Positions 24,261 through 35,500 of a stretch of 62,173 nt of DNA are shown in pieces. The translations under genes and the position numbers were made by a program. Positions within the stretch are counted from its first letter, which is position 1. Every line of letters begins with the position of its first letter. Below the pieces are notes generated by a model. It was given only the letters and a program-made list of their open reading frames with translations, made no database searches and was not told where the DNA came from. Source of the stretch: Fonticula-like sp. SCN 57-25 (lineage: Eukaryota); contig MEDX01000008.1 of NCBI GenBank assembly GCA_001724245.1, forward strand, positions 1-62,173, read 5' to 3'.

Positions 24261-24799
24261 GCTTCCAAGATGCTTCCCGAGCGAGACCGTCGCCTCGCTC
24301 CTTCCGCCGGCTCCGGCGGCCGCTATGGTTTGCCCGGCCACTTCAGTCACGCGGCTCGACCAATCAGCAGGTGGAATTCGACGCGCGTTGCCCATAACGG
24401 GCTGAGATTCGATCTAGGCGCTTCGTGGGATGTGTCACATGCGCGGCCTCCCTATTATGGAGGCCCAGCCTATTTCTTCGTCGGACTGGACAAAAAGAAC
24501 GAGAGATATAAAGAGAAACTTTGTTTACAAGCCAAAATGATGGGTTGCATGTGTTATATTTGAGCGACATTCTTTGAAGCTTGCTGTCTTGTCTTTTAAA
24601 GCTGTAACGGCCATGAACTGTCGACTTTCTCCAGGCGCGGCATTAAAGACCTGCTTAACGAACGCTCGGTTATAGCCCGAATTTCTCTCGAGACAGCGGG
24701 CACAGTCACCACGCAGCTTGCACAATATAATACTACGCTATCCAGCAAAGCCGCGGCCAATATGTCCTCCCCGGATAGAACCAATCATATCAGATTGCG

Positions 24800-26291
24800 A
24801 TGAACCGTTCCCGCCAAATCTTGAGGCGGCCATGGGCCATCTACATCCATTGGTACGCGATCGCCCCGCGCTTGCGTGCCTCGCTGACGCTGCTTTTAGG
24901 CCATATTGTGCACGGTGTGGTATCATATGTTTATATTGCGAATCTAATGCGACGGTCTTAGAATCTGCCCATTTTGTAGCTTCAACAAGTTCAAGGCGTC
25001 GACCGCGCTGGACCAAAGCGTGCTAACCGACGCCTACGTCTCGTCCCTTGAGAGGCAAGTCTCTCGCGTTGCGGCCCAAGCAGACAGCGCACCCATTAGC
25101 TTATACTTTGGGGGCGGCACGCCGTCCCTTGCCCCGCCTTCTTTCGTCCAGACGATCATCTCGTGGGTTCAGAACCGATTCCCCACGGCCGACATGGAGG
25201 TCACCCTAGAGGCGAACCCGACGGTGCTAGCCACGCCTCAGTAAAACCAAAGCTGACCTTCACAACAGGAAAAGGATCTATTTAGCGAATTTAAGGCCGT
25301 CGGCGTGAACCGGCTTAGCCTCGGTGTGCAGAGCTTGCGGGATCCTGCCCTGCGGTCGCTCGGTCGCGAGCATTCGTCGTCGCAGGCCCGGGCCGCGGTG
25401 CAAGAAGCATCCCGTGTGTTTGGCGAAAGGTTTACATTTGACCTTATTTATGGTCGCCCGGGCCCCTTTTCGTTATCAGACTGGGTAGCCGAGCTGAAGG
25501 TGCGAAGCAAGTCCCGCGCTTGCTATATTGACGGGTGCCGCCCATAGGAGGGCCTCGCCATGGCGTCCGGCCACATTTCCATGTACGAGCTCACAATCGA
25601 GAACGGCACCCCATTTGCAAAACTCAAGCAATCGTCGCCGGAGCTATTCTGCACCGACGACCAATTGGCTGACTTGCATTTGGCGGCGGAAAGCGAGGCT
25701 GCATCGGCCGGCTTTGAGCACTACCAGATCTCAAACTACGCCAAGCCGAATCACCGCGCGATCCACAACTCCGGATACTGGCTTGGCTACGACTACATTG
25801 GCGTCGGCCCCGGCGCGCACGGGCGCTACTTGGACATTAGCGGCGAGCGCGTGCGCACCGTCCAGCACCCCGAGCCCAAGCGATGGGTTGCGAGTACGGC
25901 TTGGACGCGCATTTATCTTTATGCTCACCGCAACATATAGGCGTCCGCGAGAATGGCACGGGACACGCCTTGGAAAGCTCTATTGCGCCCGATGATTGGC
26001 ACCGAGAATTGGTGCTCGTTGGCATGCAGCTCGTCGAGGGCATCTCGGCCGAACGGTTCCACCTGCTTCGGCATGGGAACGAGGCGGACCTGGCCGATGT
26101 ATGTTCTTCTAGTGACTCATGTCTCGCTTGGTGTACTAATTTTGCTACTGTACACGTAGGTCCTTGATGAGGCGCGCATTGATGATTTAGTGGAGCAGGG
26201 CCTCGTTGCGTACGACCGCGGGCGTGTCTTGCGCCCAACCAAGAAAGGGATGCGCTTTCTGGACTTTATTTCGAGCCGAGTATTAAAGTGA
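24800..26291 (+). CDS. RSAD1: Radical SAM heme chaperone HemW/RSAD1
   Basis: Spliced IYIHWPYCARICPFCSFNK (CxxxCxxC), LYFGGGTPSL, VTLEANP, NRLSLGVQSL, DLIYGRPG, YQISNYA, YIGVGPGAHG. Confidence 0.93.
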
Positions 26292-26370
26292 TAATTTTAA
26301 AGTGAGAATGAGTATTAATTGAACGCATGTATCATACAAAAATGTAGCGATTATGACCGTGTGATACTTT

Positions 26371-28584
26371 TCATCGTCTCTCCTGCTCGCCGTCCGACCC
26401 GACCATCCGCCGGATTTCGCCCCAGAGCGCATGCCGCCCCACGTGGAGGCAGCGCAGCCGCAGCGTGTTCATATGCTTTGGGCTCGGGTAGACGCCGCGC
26501 GCGCAGCAGTACGCCACAAAGTCCGCCGCCTCGTCCAGGTGGTCGCACCGCGCCAGCCCGCGGATCACCGTCTGGGCAAAGTCCGCCTCCAGCGGCAGCT
26601 CCAGCGCCTGGTGGTCGCGCACAAAGCGGTCAATCAGCTCGTACTTGCGCTTGTCGGACGCGAGCGTGATCATGCTCTTGACCGTCCGCGACGACTTTGG
26701 CACACCGAGCGACGTGTACCGGTCGTAAAGCTGTCAGGGAAAGGCGCGGCATGGTAAGTAAATGAGAAATGGTTCCGGTGAAAGAGACGCACCTCGAGCG
26801 CGGCAAACTCAAACCCGTGACGAGCGTACACCTGCAGAATGCTGTCCATGACGGGCCCCGTCAAGAGATGCGGGCTGCTCTCAACAATGCCCTGCACGTG
26901 CCTATTCGCGCCGCCCCGCGTTAGCACCAAGCCATTCAGAAAATAGTATTCATACTTTAAAATCGATAGCGGGCGCATCGACACCATGAGAGCTTGCTCG
27001 CCTTCACTCAAATGAGAAATCGGCTGCGTCTCGTCAGCACAAACACTAGCCTCATATGCAAAAGCGTACCAGTTTCTGGTACGAAACGGCGGCCGGCGTC
27101 GCGCAGGCATACATGAGCGACGTCGCGACCCAGCGGGTGAGCGTCCTCGGCGTCGTCACATCCCTGCAGCACGATGTCTGTGAGCACGGACTCCCAAAAC
27201 CCCGCATGCGTACGGTCCGAGCTCCTCCAGGTACGTCGCGGCGGCCATCTCGAACTGGTTCTGCCGCCCGCACGCCTCAAAGAGGTTTCCGAGCCCACGA
27301 TTCGAAAGCTTGATGCCTCGCGAGTTCATATCGGTCAGCAGTTTTTGAATCATTTTCATGGCGTCTACGCGGGTCAGCAAGCGCGGCGCACGTCAGCGGA
27401 TCGTACCTGGCATCTGCGACACGGCACCAATCGCCCCCGCATAGTGCGCGCCGTCCAGCGGCACGCCATTTTTGGCGGCCTCGTTGATGAGCTGCATCGC
27501 CCACGTGCCGTTCTTTGACTGCTCGCAGCACAGCAGCAGCTTGTCCAGCAGCGTGCTGTTGGGCACAAACTTGTTCTTGTGGAGGACGTCGTACACACGC
27601 GACGCCATGTGACCCTGCTTGGTCGCCACGAGGCCGCCAATCAGCGTTGAAATCATAATCTCATTGACGTGCGGCGAGCGCTTGGCGAGGTCGAGCGCGT
27701 CCTCGATGCGGCCTGCCCGCACGTACGCCTTTACAAGCGACCCCTGCGAATACGCATCCGTCTTTGAAAAGGCCTTCTCTATCAGGCGGTACACGCGCTC
27801 GCTCCCGGGAACATCGCCGACATTCGCGTACGCGTTCAGGAGCGCATTCAGATGCTCCACGCGAACAGAAGTCCCCGTTGTCTAATGAAGTAGAGGGTTA
27901 GGGCGCGACGCCAGAGAGGAAGACGAGGTCTTCGCACCATATAATAATCAAACGCTTCCTGCGCCGCCCGAGGGTCGCGGCAGACCGTCTAAAGAAAAGG
28001 ACCAGAGTGAGCCGACGCATGATAATAACCGCGGCCGTACGGCATAGTGAAGCAACGTCGCGAGAGCGTCCGGCAGCTCATCCTGCTGAAGCTCGGGCAA
28101 CGACGCGCGCAAATAATTAAACATTTCGCGTGTACGAGCGACGGTCTGTGGAAAAACGGATGAGACACACATGCGCGGATCGCGGCGTCCTCGCACCTCG
28201 GCCTTCGTCGTTTGACCAGCCTCTCCGCCATCCTCAGCTTCAGCTGAGCCGTCATCGTCGTGGTCCTCTTCGCCCTGGTATGGCGCAGCAGGTGTCCTCA
28301 GCGGAGCCTCTGTCAAAATGCGGCGGAGAACTTCGGGGCGAAGTTCCTGCGTGATCTTGGACTGCGGCAACCGCTCAAACGACGGCATCGAATGGGCGCT
28401 GCAAGACAAAACATGAGCAAGGTAAAGGTAGACTTCAAACAACGTACGTCTTTGTGCGCTTGCGCTTCTGTGCATCGTATACATGCGAAGGGAGGCCGCG
28501 CGTTGGCGGCGGCGGTGCGCTCAGCGCCATCGCGCGGAGCAGCATCGCCACCGACGCCCGCCTCGTGGTGGCCGCTACCAACAT
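26371..28584 (-). CDS. Mitochondrial pentatricopeptide repeat (PPR) protein (start may be the Met at 28545)
   Basis: PPR-like units HLNALLNAYANVGDVPGSERVY, SQGSLVKAYVRAGRIEDALDL, ISTLIGGLVATKQ, LFEACGRQNQFEMA; presequence-like N-terminus. Confidence 0.85.
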
Positions 28585-28585
28585 G

Positions 28586-28618
28586 GTCACGTGATATCTT
28601 ATTTGATTGTCACGTGAC
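28586..28618. promoter_or_regulatory. Two GTCACGTGA(C) E-boxes in the PPR/CYB561 divergent promoter
   Basis: GTCACGTGA at 28586-28594 and GTCACGTGAC at 28609-28618. Confidence 0.6.
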
Positions 28619-28670
28619 ATTTGCTGACAAGACCTTGCTTACCAACGGACGCGGACCAACAACGACAACG

Positions 28671-29392
28671 ATGGCGGAGAGCAAGCCGGTCGAGTATGCG
28701 CGCCTTAGCGCGATCCTGCAGGTCTCGCGGCTCCTGACCGCTTCTGCTGGCGCGCTTATTTTGCTTGTCAGCGTATTTGGTGCAGAGCTCAAATTCTTCA
28801 CGCTCCACCCTGTTTGCGCGGTAGTGTGGTTTGTTGCCGTGAGCGAGGCCATCATTCAGGGCCAGCTCGCGCGCAGATCCAAGGGCGCCAAGGCGCGCGA
28901 GCTCTCGCTCGGTAGCCACTGGCAGGTAGCGACGATCGCCGTCCTTGGGCTGTTGACTGCGTTCTCTGTGGCGTACATCAACAAGGATCTGCACAACAAG
29001 AATCACTTTATCAGCTGGCACGCCTACGCTGGTCTTACAACGGTCACCGTCGCCGGCATCCAGCTCGCCATCGGGTACTGGGCGCACTATGCTGCCGAGG
29101 AGGCGGGAAAGCGCATTGGCCGGTACGTTATTTTGAAATTGATTCCGTTTTTTTGTCTTACTAATCATTCAACCGCAGCCCCCTGTGGTGGATCCGCGTG
29201 CACCGCCTCTTTGGCCACGTCACCCTGGCGTGCTCGTCCCTGACTGTCTTCCTGTCCCTCTACTCCAACTATGTCGCGCGGATGGATATTTACGATCCCC
29301 TGTGGACGCTTACGGTCGTGCTGCTCATTGCGGGCCACGTCTTGTTCGCGTCTCAGTCGGACATCCTGACCCTCATCCGCGCCCTCTTTTAG
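28671..29392 (+). CDS. Cytochrome b561 domain protein (CYB561D-like), 2 exons
   Basis: FTLHPV, HWQV, NKDLHNKNHFISWHAYAG, HRLFG: four heme-ligand His in a multi-TM frame. Confidence 0.88.
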
Positions 29393-29568
29393 CGGCTACC
29401 GCGGTGCTGCGAGTTGACTGTACTGTATTGGATTTAATAGAGAACGTTGAGAAGTATGATTATTTGTGCATACTCTTTCAAGGATTATGAGGTCCAAAAG
29501 TTTATTTGATGACGTATTTACTTGTGCCTTTATACGATGTAGAGAGATACAATGTTGAATGTGTTGCA

Positions 29569-32500
29569 TTAAGGGATGTGCTGCCAGACGCGGTCGTCCC
29601 ACAGCTCAATCTTGCCGTTCGCCTTTAGAATCCGAATATTCGACGCGACGTTGACCGTCTTCTTTTCATTGTCGAGCATGCCGACCGAGTGGCCATTCCT
29701 GCACAGCACGTCCTGCCGCATGCCGATGAACGACAGCCCGGGCACGTCCGTGATGCGGAAGACGGGCGCGAGCTTGCGGGACTCGGGGTTGGCCACGCGG
29801 CGCAGCTCGCCAAAGGGAGTGATCACAGCCTGGCAAACGCGGCAGATCACCTTGTCGCCTTGCAGCCTGTCGAAACTGATAAGCAAGGACGAAAAAGGAA
29901 AAGGCCCCTCATCCGTACGTGCTAATGTATTCGTCCGCCAGGCGATCGTGCAGCGTTGCGACCTTGTCGGGGATCAGCGCCTTGTTCAGCGCCGCTGCAC
30001 AGAAATGAGTAACAACAACAGGGAAAAGGGCACGTACGGGGCTCCACAAAGCCCTCCGAGTCAGTGAGGCCGAGGGCGCGCAGCTTCGGGAAGAGGCTGT
30101 CCACCTCGTCGGGGACCGCCGGGGCGAGCGCCGCCGCCGGGGCCGGAGCAGGCGCCTCGTCCCAGTTGTCCGACGACCACTTGGCCAGGTAGTCCTTCTC
30201 GGCTATCGTGTGCGCGGCGCGCGGCTTGGTGATGAGGTCCAGGAGCCTTTGAACACGTCAGGAAACAGACTATGGCAGCTCAGGATGCGTACCATCTCTT
30301 CAGCTCGAGCGACTGGGCCATCATACCCTCCTGCGAAAACAGCTTGTGCATCACCATCTCCTCGAGGCGGTCGCGGATGCGATTGATGAGGTCGACGTCG
30401 CTGTCGCCAAAGTGCGCGTCAAAGATAAACTCGAGGTCGCGGCCGACTGCAGAGAAAAGACAAGTTAAACGTTGAAAATCAAGAAAAGGGACGCACGTCT
30501 CACGCCCGCGTATTTTGAATTGGTCGTGTCGGCAAAAAGCTCCATGCGTCCGTGTGAAAAGAGCATGCTGATAATGGTATGTGAGTATGCGACGCAAAAG
30601 ACGCAACATGGGCGCACCAAATGAGCGCCGGCAGCAGAGGGCGGCCTTCAATGACGGTGGTCTGCGACGCCATCAGGTTGTCGCCCGCCGCGGTGATGAA
30701 CGGCGTGATCAAAACATTGCAGTTGGCCGTCGACGGGTCGCGCGCAAGAGAGACAAAGTTGACCGACTCGGATTGAATCTGCAAAAGATGAGCCAAGGAA
30801 ACACAATGCAAACGGAAAACGTACCCGAACCGTCGCGCTCGCTTCCACACGTCGGAAGCGCAGCATGAAAGGGTACTCTAGCTCGTGGCCACCGATAAAC
30901 TCGCGCGGGTCTCGCATCGAAAAGCCCCTTTTCAAACCGTGAGTACGATAAAGGCATGACGGTACAACGCACCGCTCGTCGCGAGGGCCGAGGCGCATGG
31001 CGCGAAAGCGACGCCGCTCGGCAGACCACGCCCGGATCCCGAGGTAGACGGAGAGAGGGATCTCTGGCGCGAGAACCTTGCCGAGCGCAGTCTTTTTGTA
31101 CGTCCAGCGCTGGTTGTCCTCCTCGTTGGGCCCGCGCGGGTCAAACTCAATGTAGCAGCGGCTTCCCTGCGAGAAAACCTGCTTGACGCGGCCGGCGCGC
31201 TCAAAGAACCGGCCAATGTGACGCTCGACCTGCTGCGGGAATTGCTGGTTGCTACATGGCCGTTAGCAGCGAAAAACTATGCAAATGTACGGAACCTTTT
31301 AAGCACAATGGTGAAGAAGGGCTCGTAGTTGAGCTTGCGCGAGATGCCGGCGTGCATGGCGTATTCCATTCCTCTGGCGTCCTCCGCCTCGCTGACCAGG
31401 TAATTCGGAGTAAAGGCCGCGGCGATCATGAGCTTGAGCAGCAGCACGTCCGTGTCGGAGCGCTCAAAGAGGCGCTCGTAGTCAAGGGCCCACGTCGCGC
31501 CTGCCTTTGTCGTCTTTACCACGTGGTGCGCATCCAGATCAATCTACATAAAAGTCGCTGAGCACCAAAGAAAGCGCGGGCCTCCAAGCGTACCTTGCGT
31601 TCCGGGACGGGGATACCAAGCCCCTCGAGGCGGCGCCGAAGGTCCTTGAGCGTGTCCTGTACCTCGTTGAGCCTACGCAGCGGTTGGATTAGACGCGGCC
31701 TACGGCAGGCATCACTCTAAAACGTACTTTTGAGGGTTGAGGAACTCGCGACGGATCCATTCGCGCTCGCTCCGGCCGTCGAGCTGCTTCACCGCGCGGA
31801 GATGCTGCCACGTCTCAAAGGCGCGCATGGCTGCGATGACATCGCTCGACGAGTCGGACGCCCAGCGCAGCTTGCGCTGAAAGTGCTCAAAGTCCTTTTG
31901 GAATGGGCGCGCAAACACGCCCGTGCCGCTGGCTGAAAGGCACGCCGCCATGATGAGGGCCTCGTAGGACATGCCAAACGCAAAGCCAAACACAATCAGG
32001 CGGGCGATGCGAATGTCCACGGGGAGGGCCGCAAAGATGCGACCGAGCGGCGTGATCCTGCCCGTCGGGTCATACGTGACCTCGCGGCGGAACGTGACAA
32101 CCTCGCCGGTGGGATCCTGTGACAGCGCGCCTAGAAACGAGTGTGTGAGTTTACAAGGAAACAATAAACCAGCGCCCTGCACCTGCTTCCGTCAGGCGGA
32201 CGAGACTGCCGTCAATCGTGTGGATATTGGGCGCCTGCAGGGCGAGCTGCAGCACGTTGCGCGGGTCGCCGACGTCGAGCACCTTGACCTGCAGGACGAC
32301 GTGGTCGAGGGAGATGCGCTGGATCTCGGGCACGACCTGCTCGTTGATCTCGTGCTCCCAAAAGTGGGCGGGGACCATGCGGAAGCAGTGGCCGTCCTGG
32401 ACGCGGCCAGCACGACCCGCTCGCTGGCGCCCGGACGCGCGGCTAGACCACTGCAGGCGCAGGCCCTCGAGGTTGGTCTGCTGGTCGCAGTAGAGCTCCT

Positions 32501-35500
32501 TGACGAGGCCGAGGTCGATGACGTAGCGCACGTCGGGCACCGTGATGGAGGACTCGGCAATGTTGGTCGAAATGATCACCTTGCGCGTCCCGAGCGGCGT
32601 GCGGCGGAAGACGCGCTGCTGCTCCTCGCTGGTGAGGGTCGAGTGAAGCGGCAGGATCCACATGGACGACGTGTCCAGCTTCTCCTCGATGACATCAAAG
32701 AGCTCTTGGATCTCGCCGAGGCCGGGCAAAAAGACCAGGATGGCGCCAAGGTTCCGCGTGTTGCGCTCGTACTCGTTCGACCACTCGCCGCGATGGATCC
32801 GCTCGATGAGCTCAGTCAGAGCCTCAAACATCTCGGGCTTCACCTCGGGCGTCGAAATCAGCTGGCCGGGCAGCGCGCAGGGCGGGAGGGCGTAGAGGTA
32901 GCGGCCATTGTCCATCTTGTCGAGGTGGTGCACGGCAATGTGATAGAGGCGGCCCTCGACGTTGATGATCGGCACCTCGCCGGCCGTGCGGAACCGCTCA
33001 ACGGGGAGGCTGTTGTAGTAGGCCGCAAACAGGTCGCAATCGATCGTGGCAGACATCAGGATGACGCGTACTGTCGGGTTGATCATCAAAAGCTCGCGTA
33101 AAATGAGCAACACAAAGTCGGTATCGGAATCGCGCTCGTGAACTACGCACAAAAAAGACCGGTTAGACAGCTCGGTAGATAGCCAGGAAGGGCGCACCTT
33201 CGTCGATAATGATATGCGTGTAGGGGCGGAGGTTCCGCTGGTTGACGAGGCGCTGAAGCAGGACACCGGTGGTAACATACATGAGGCGCGTGACCCCGCT
33301 TGTGGATTGCTTGTCCATGGACACCTGGTATCCAACCAACCCTCCAACGGAAATACCGCGCTCATCGCACACGCTAGGAGCACGAGAGTGAATAAAAAAA
33401 CCAAAAAAGCGTCTGCGTACCGCTTTGCCACACTGATCGCGGCAATACGACGCGGCTGTGTGCAGATGATGTTGCACTTTACGTTGTTGGCAATGCAGTC
33501 GTCCAGAATATACTGCGGCACCTGGGTCGTCTTCCCGCTACCCGTACTTCCACTCACAATGGTAACCTGGTTGTTGGCAACGATCTGAAGGATGCGCTGG
33601 CGGTGCGCGACCACCGGCAGCATCTCCTCGTCAACATTGAGGTCGCTGCCCATCGCGGCATCACCAACGTCGGCGCCCTCTGGCAGCTCGCCAAAGAGGC
33701 GCGGCCCCTGGCGGCGTCGACGCGGGCGCCGACTCGCTTGCGACTCCTCCTCGGCCGGCGGCTCTTCGTCGGCAAAACCTTCTACGTCATCCTCGGGGAT
33801 ATAGTCCTGGAGCGGCATGGACTCTGGGTCGCGATTTGCAACGAAATCGCGGATTGCGTTGCTCATCGTCAGTCCGAGCGGGGCGCTGGTGTTCTGGGGG
33901 TCCAGGCTCACGCGACCGCGGCGCACGTTGAGCTCCTCCTTCTCGGACTCGTCCAGGACGGCGGGCCGCAACTCGCTGGCGTCCACGGTCTGCGTGATGC
34001 CTTCGTACGACTCGAACGTGACGGTGACGAGGCGGCCGTTTCCGCCCACCGCCTCCACGCGCGCACGCTCGTAGTGCTTGGCGCGGCCGGGGCGCGATTC
34101 GACGAGTTGGCCAACCTTGAAGCGGGCCTTTGGCGCCGCGTTGCTGGGGGCGGACGCCGCAAATTTGCGCAGGGCAGAGGCTGGGACCGTGTCGCTGTTG
34201 CCGTACTCGGGGAACGTGACGGTGACGAGGCCTGCCGCGGCGTCGACCGCGGTGACCGTGGCCGCGTACCACTCGCCGTCCCCGCCAAGCCACTGCGCTT
34301 CGCCTGACTCGCCGACGCTGGGCAGAGCCGGCGCGGCCTTGCGCCTAAGGTGGGCCATCGGCTCGACGCTCTCGTTCCCATACTCTGAAAAATGGACGCG
34401 GTAGCTCTGCCTATCGGGCATAACTTCCACAATTACGGCCGTGTACCACGTGCTATCTTCGCTCCAGCACGCCTCGCACTCGTCGCCAACCTTCCACACG
34501 GGCGCGTGGGCGGCGGGGCGCTGCTCAACTAGCGGACGAAGATCTGTCCACGACAAGCCGACCTGCTTGCCCGAGCCGTAAAACGTCGCGTAAAACAGGT
34601 TCATCTTGCCATCGATGCGCTCAATCTTTGCCTTGTACCACCGCTGGTCGGCAGGGTACCTGGCCTCGCAGTCATCCCCAACGCGCCACGTCACAGAGCC
34701 CCCAGGCGCTTCGAGCACGCTCGAAGAGGCCGCGGCGGGCTGGGGTGCCGGCTTCATCTTGGAAGCGTCTACAATGTCCGAGTTGCCGTACTCTGTAAAG
34801 TGAACAACGTAGCTAGACCCGTCGGGGGCTGCGGTCTGCACCATGGCGGGGTACCACTGGCCGTCCTCGCTCCACTGGGCGACGCAGGCATCGCCAACCT
34901 TCCACGTGGGCCGCGAGAGGCCGTCGGCGCTTTCGGCCTTGTCGGCGACGCGCAGCGAGGTGATGTCCACAACGTCCTCGTTGCCGTACTTGGGGAAGCG
35001 CACATGCGCCTGCCTGCCGTCTGGTGAAAGAGTGAGAAGAACAGCGGAATACCACGCGCTGTCCTCGCTCCACTGCGCCTCGCAAAGGTCGCCTTCGCGC
35101 CACGGCTGGTGAAGCTGCGACAAGGGAACAGGCTCGCGCAAGCCATACGCAGGAAACTTTACGATCGCCGCGTCGCCCTCAAACCGGTCGATGAGGCCGG
35201 GGTACCACAGGCCGTCGCCGCGCTTGGCAATACAGGGAGAGCCAACAGAGTAGCCCATCATGCTCGTGGGTGCCGCGGCAGCGCGCATGTCCTGGATGCC
35301 GACAATGTCGCGGTTGCCGTACTCGGTGAAGAGCACGAAAAACTGGTTCCCCTCCGGGGAAATGTTTTCAATTGTGGCTGCGTACCACACCCCATCGCTC
35401 CATTTGGCCTCGCACTGGTCGCCGACCTTCCACGCCGCACTGGCGGTCGGCAGGGAAGCAGCCATGGGGGCGGCCCCAGGAGCAGTCCCAGAAGGCGCCA

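Noticed and set aside
24900-24961. Cys-rich reading PYCARCGIICLYC in the ORF track as a variant radical-SAM motif
   Set aside because: Intron read-through; splicing gives the canonical CARICPFC.
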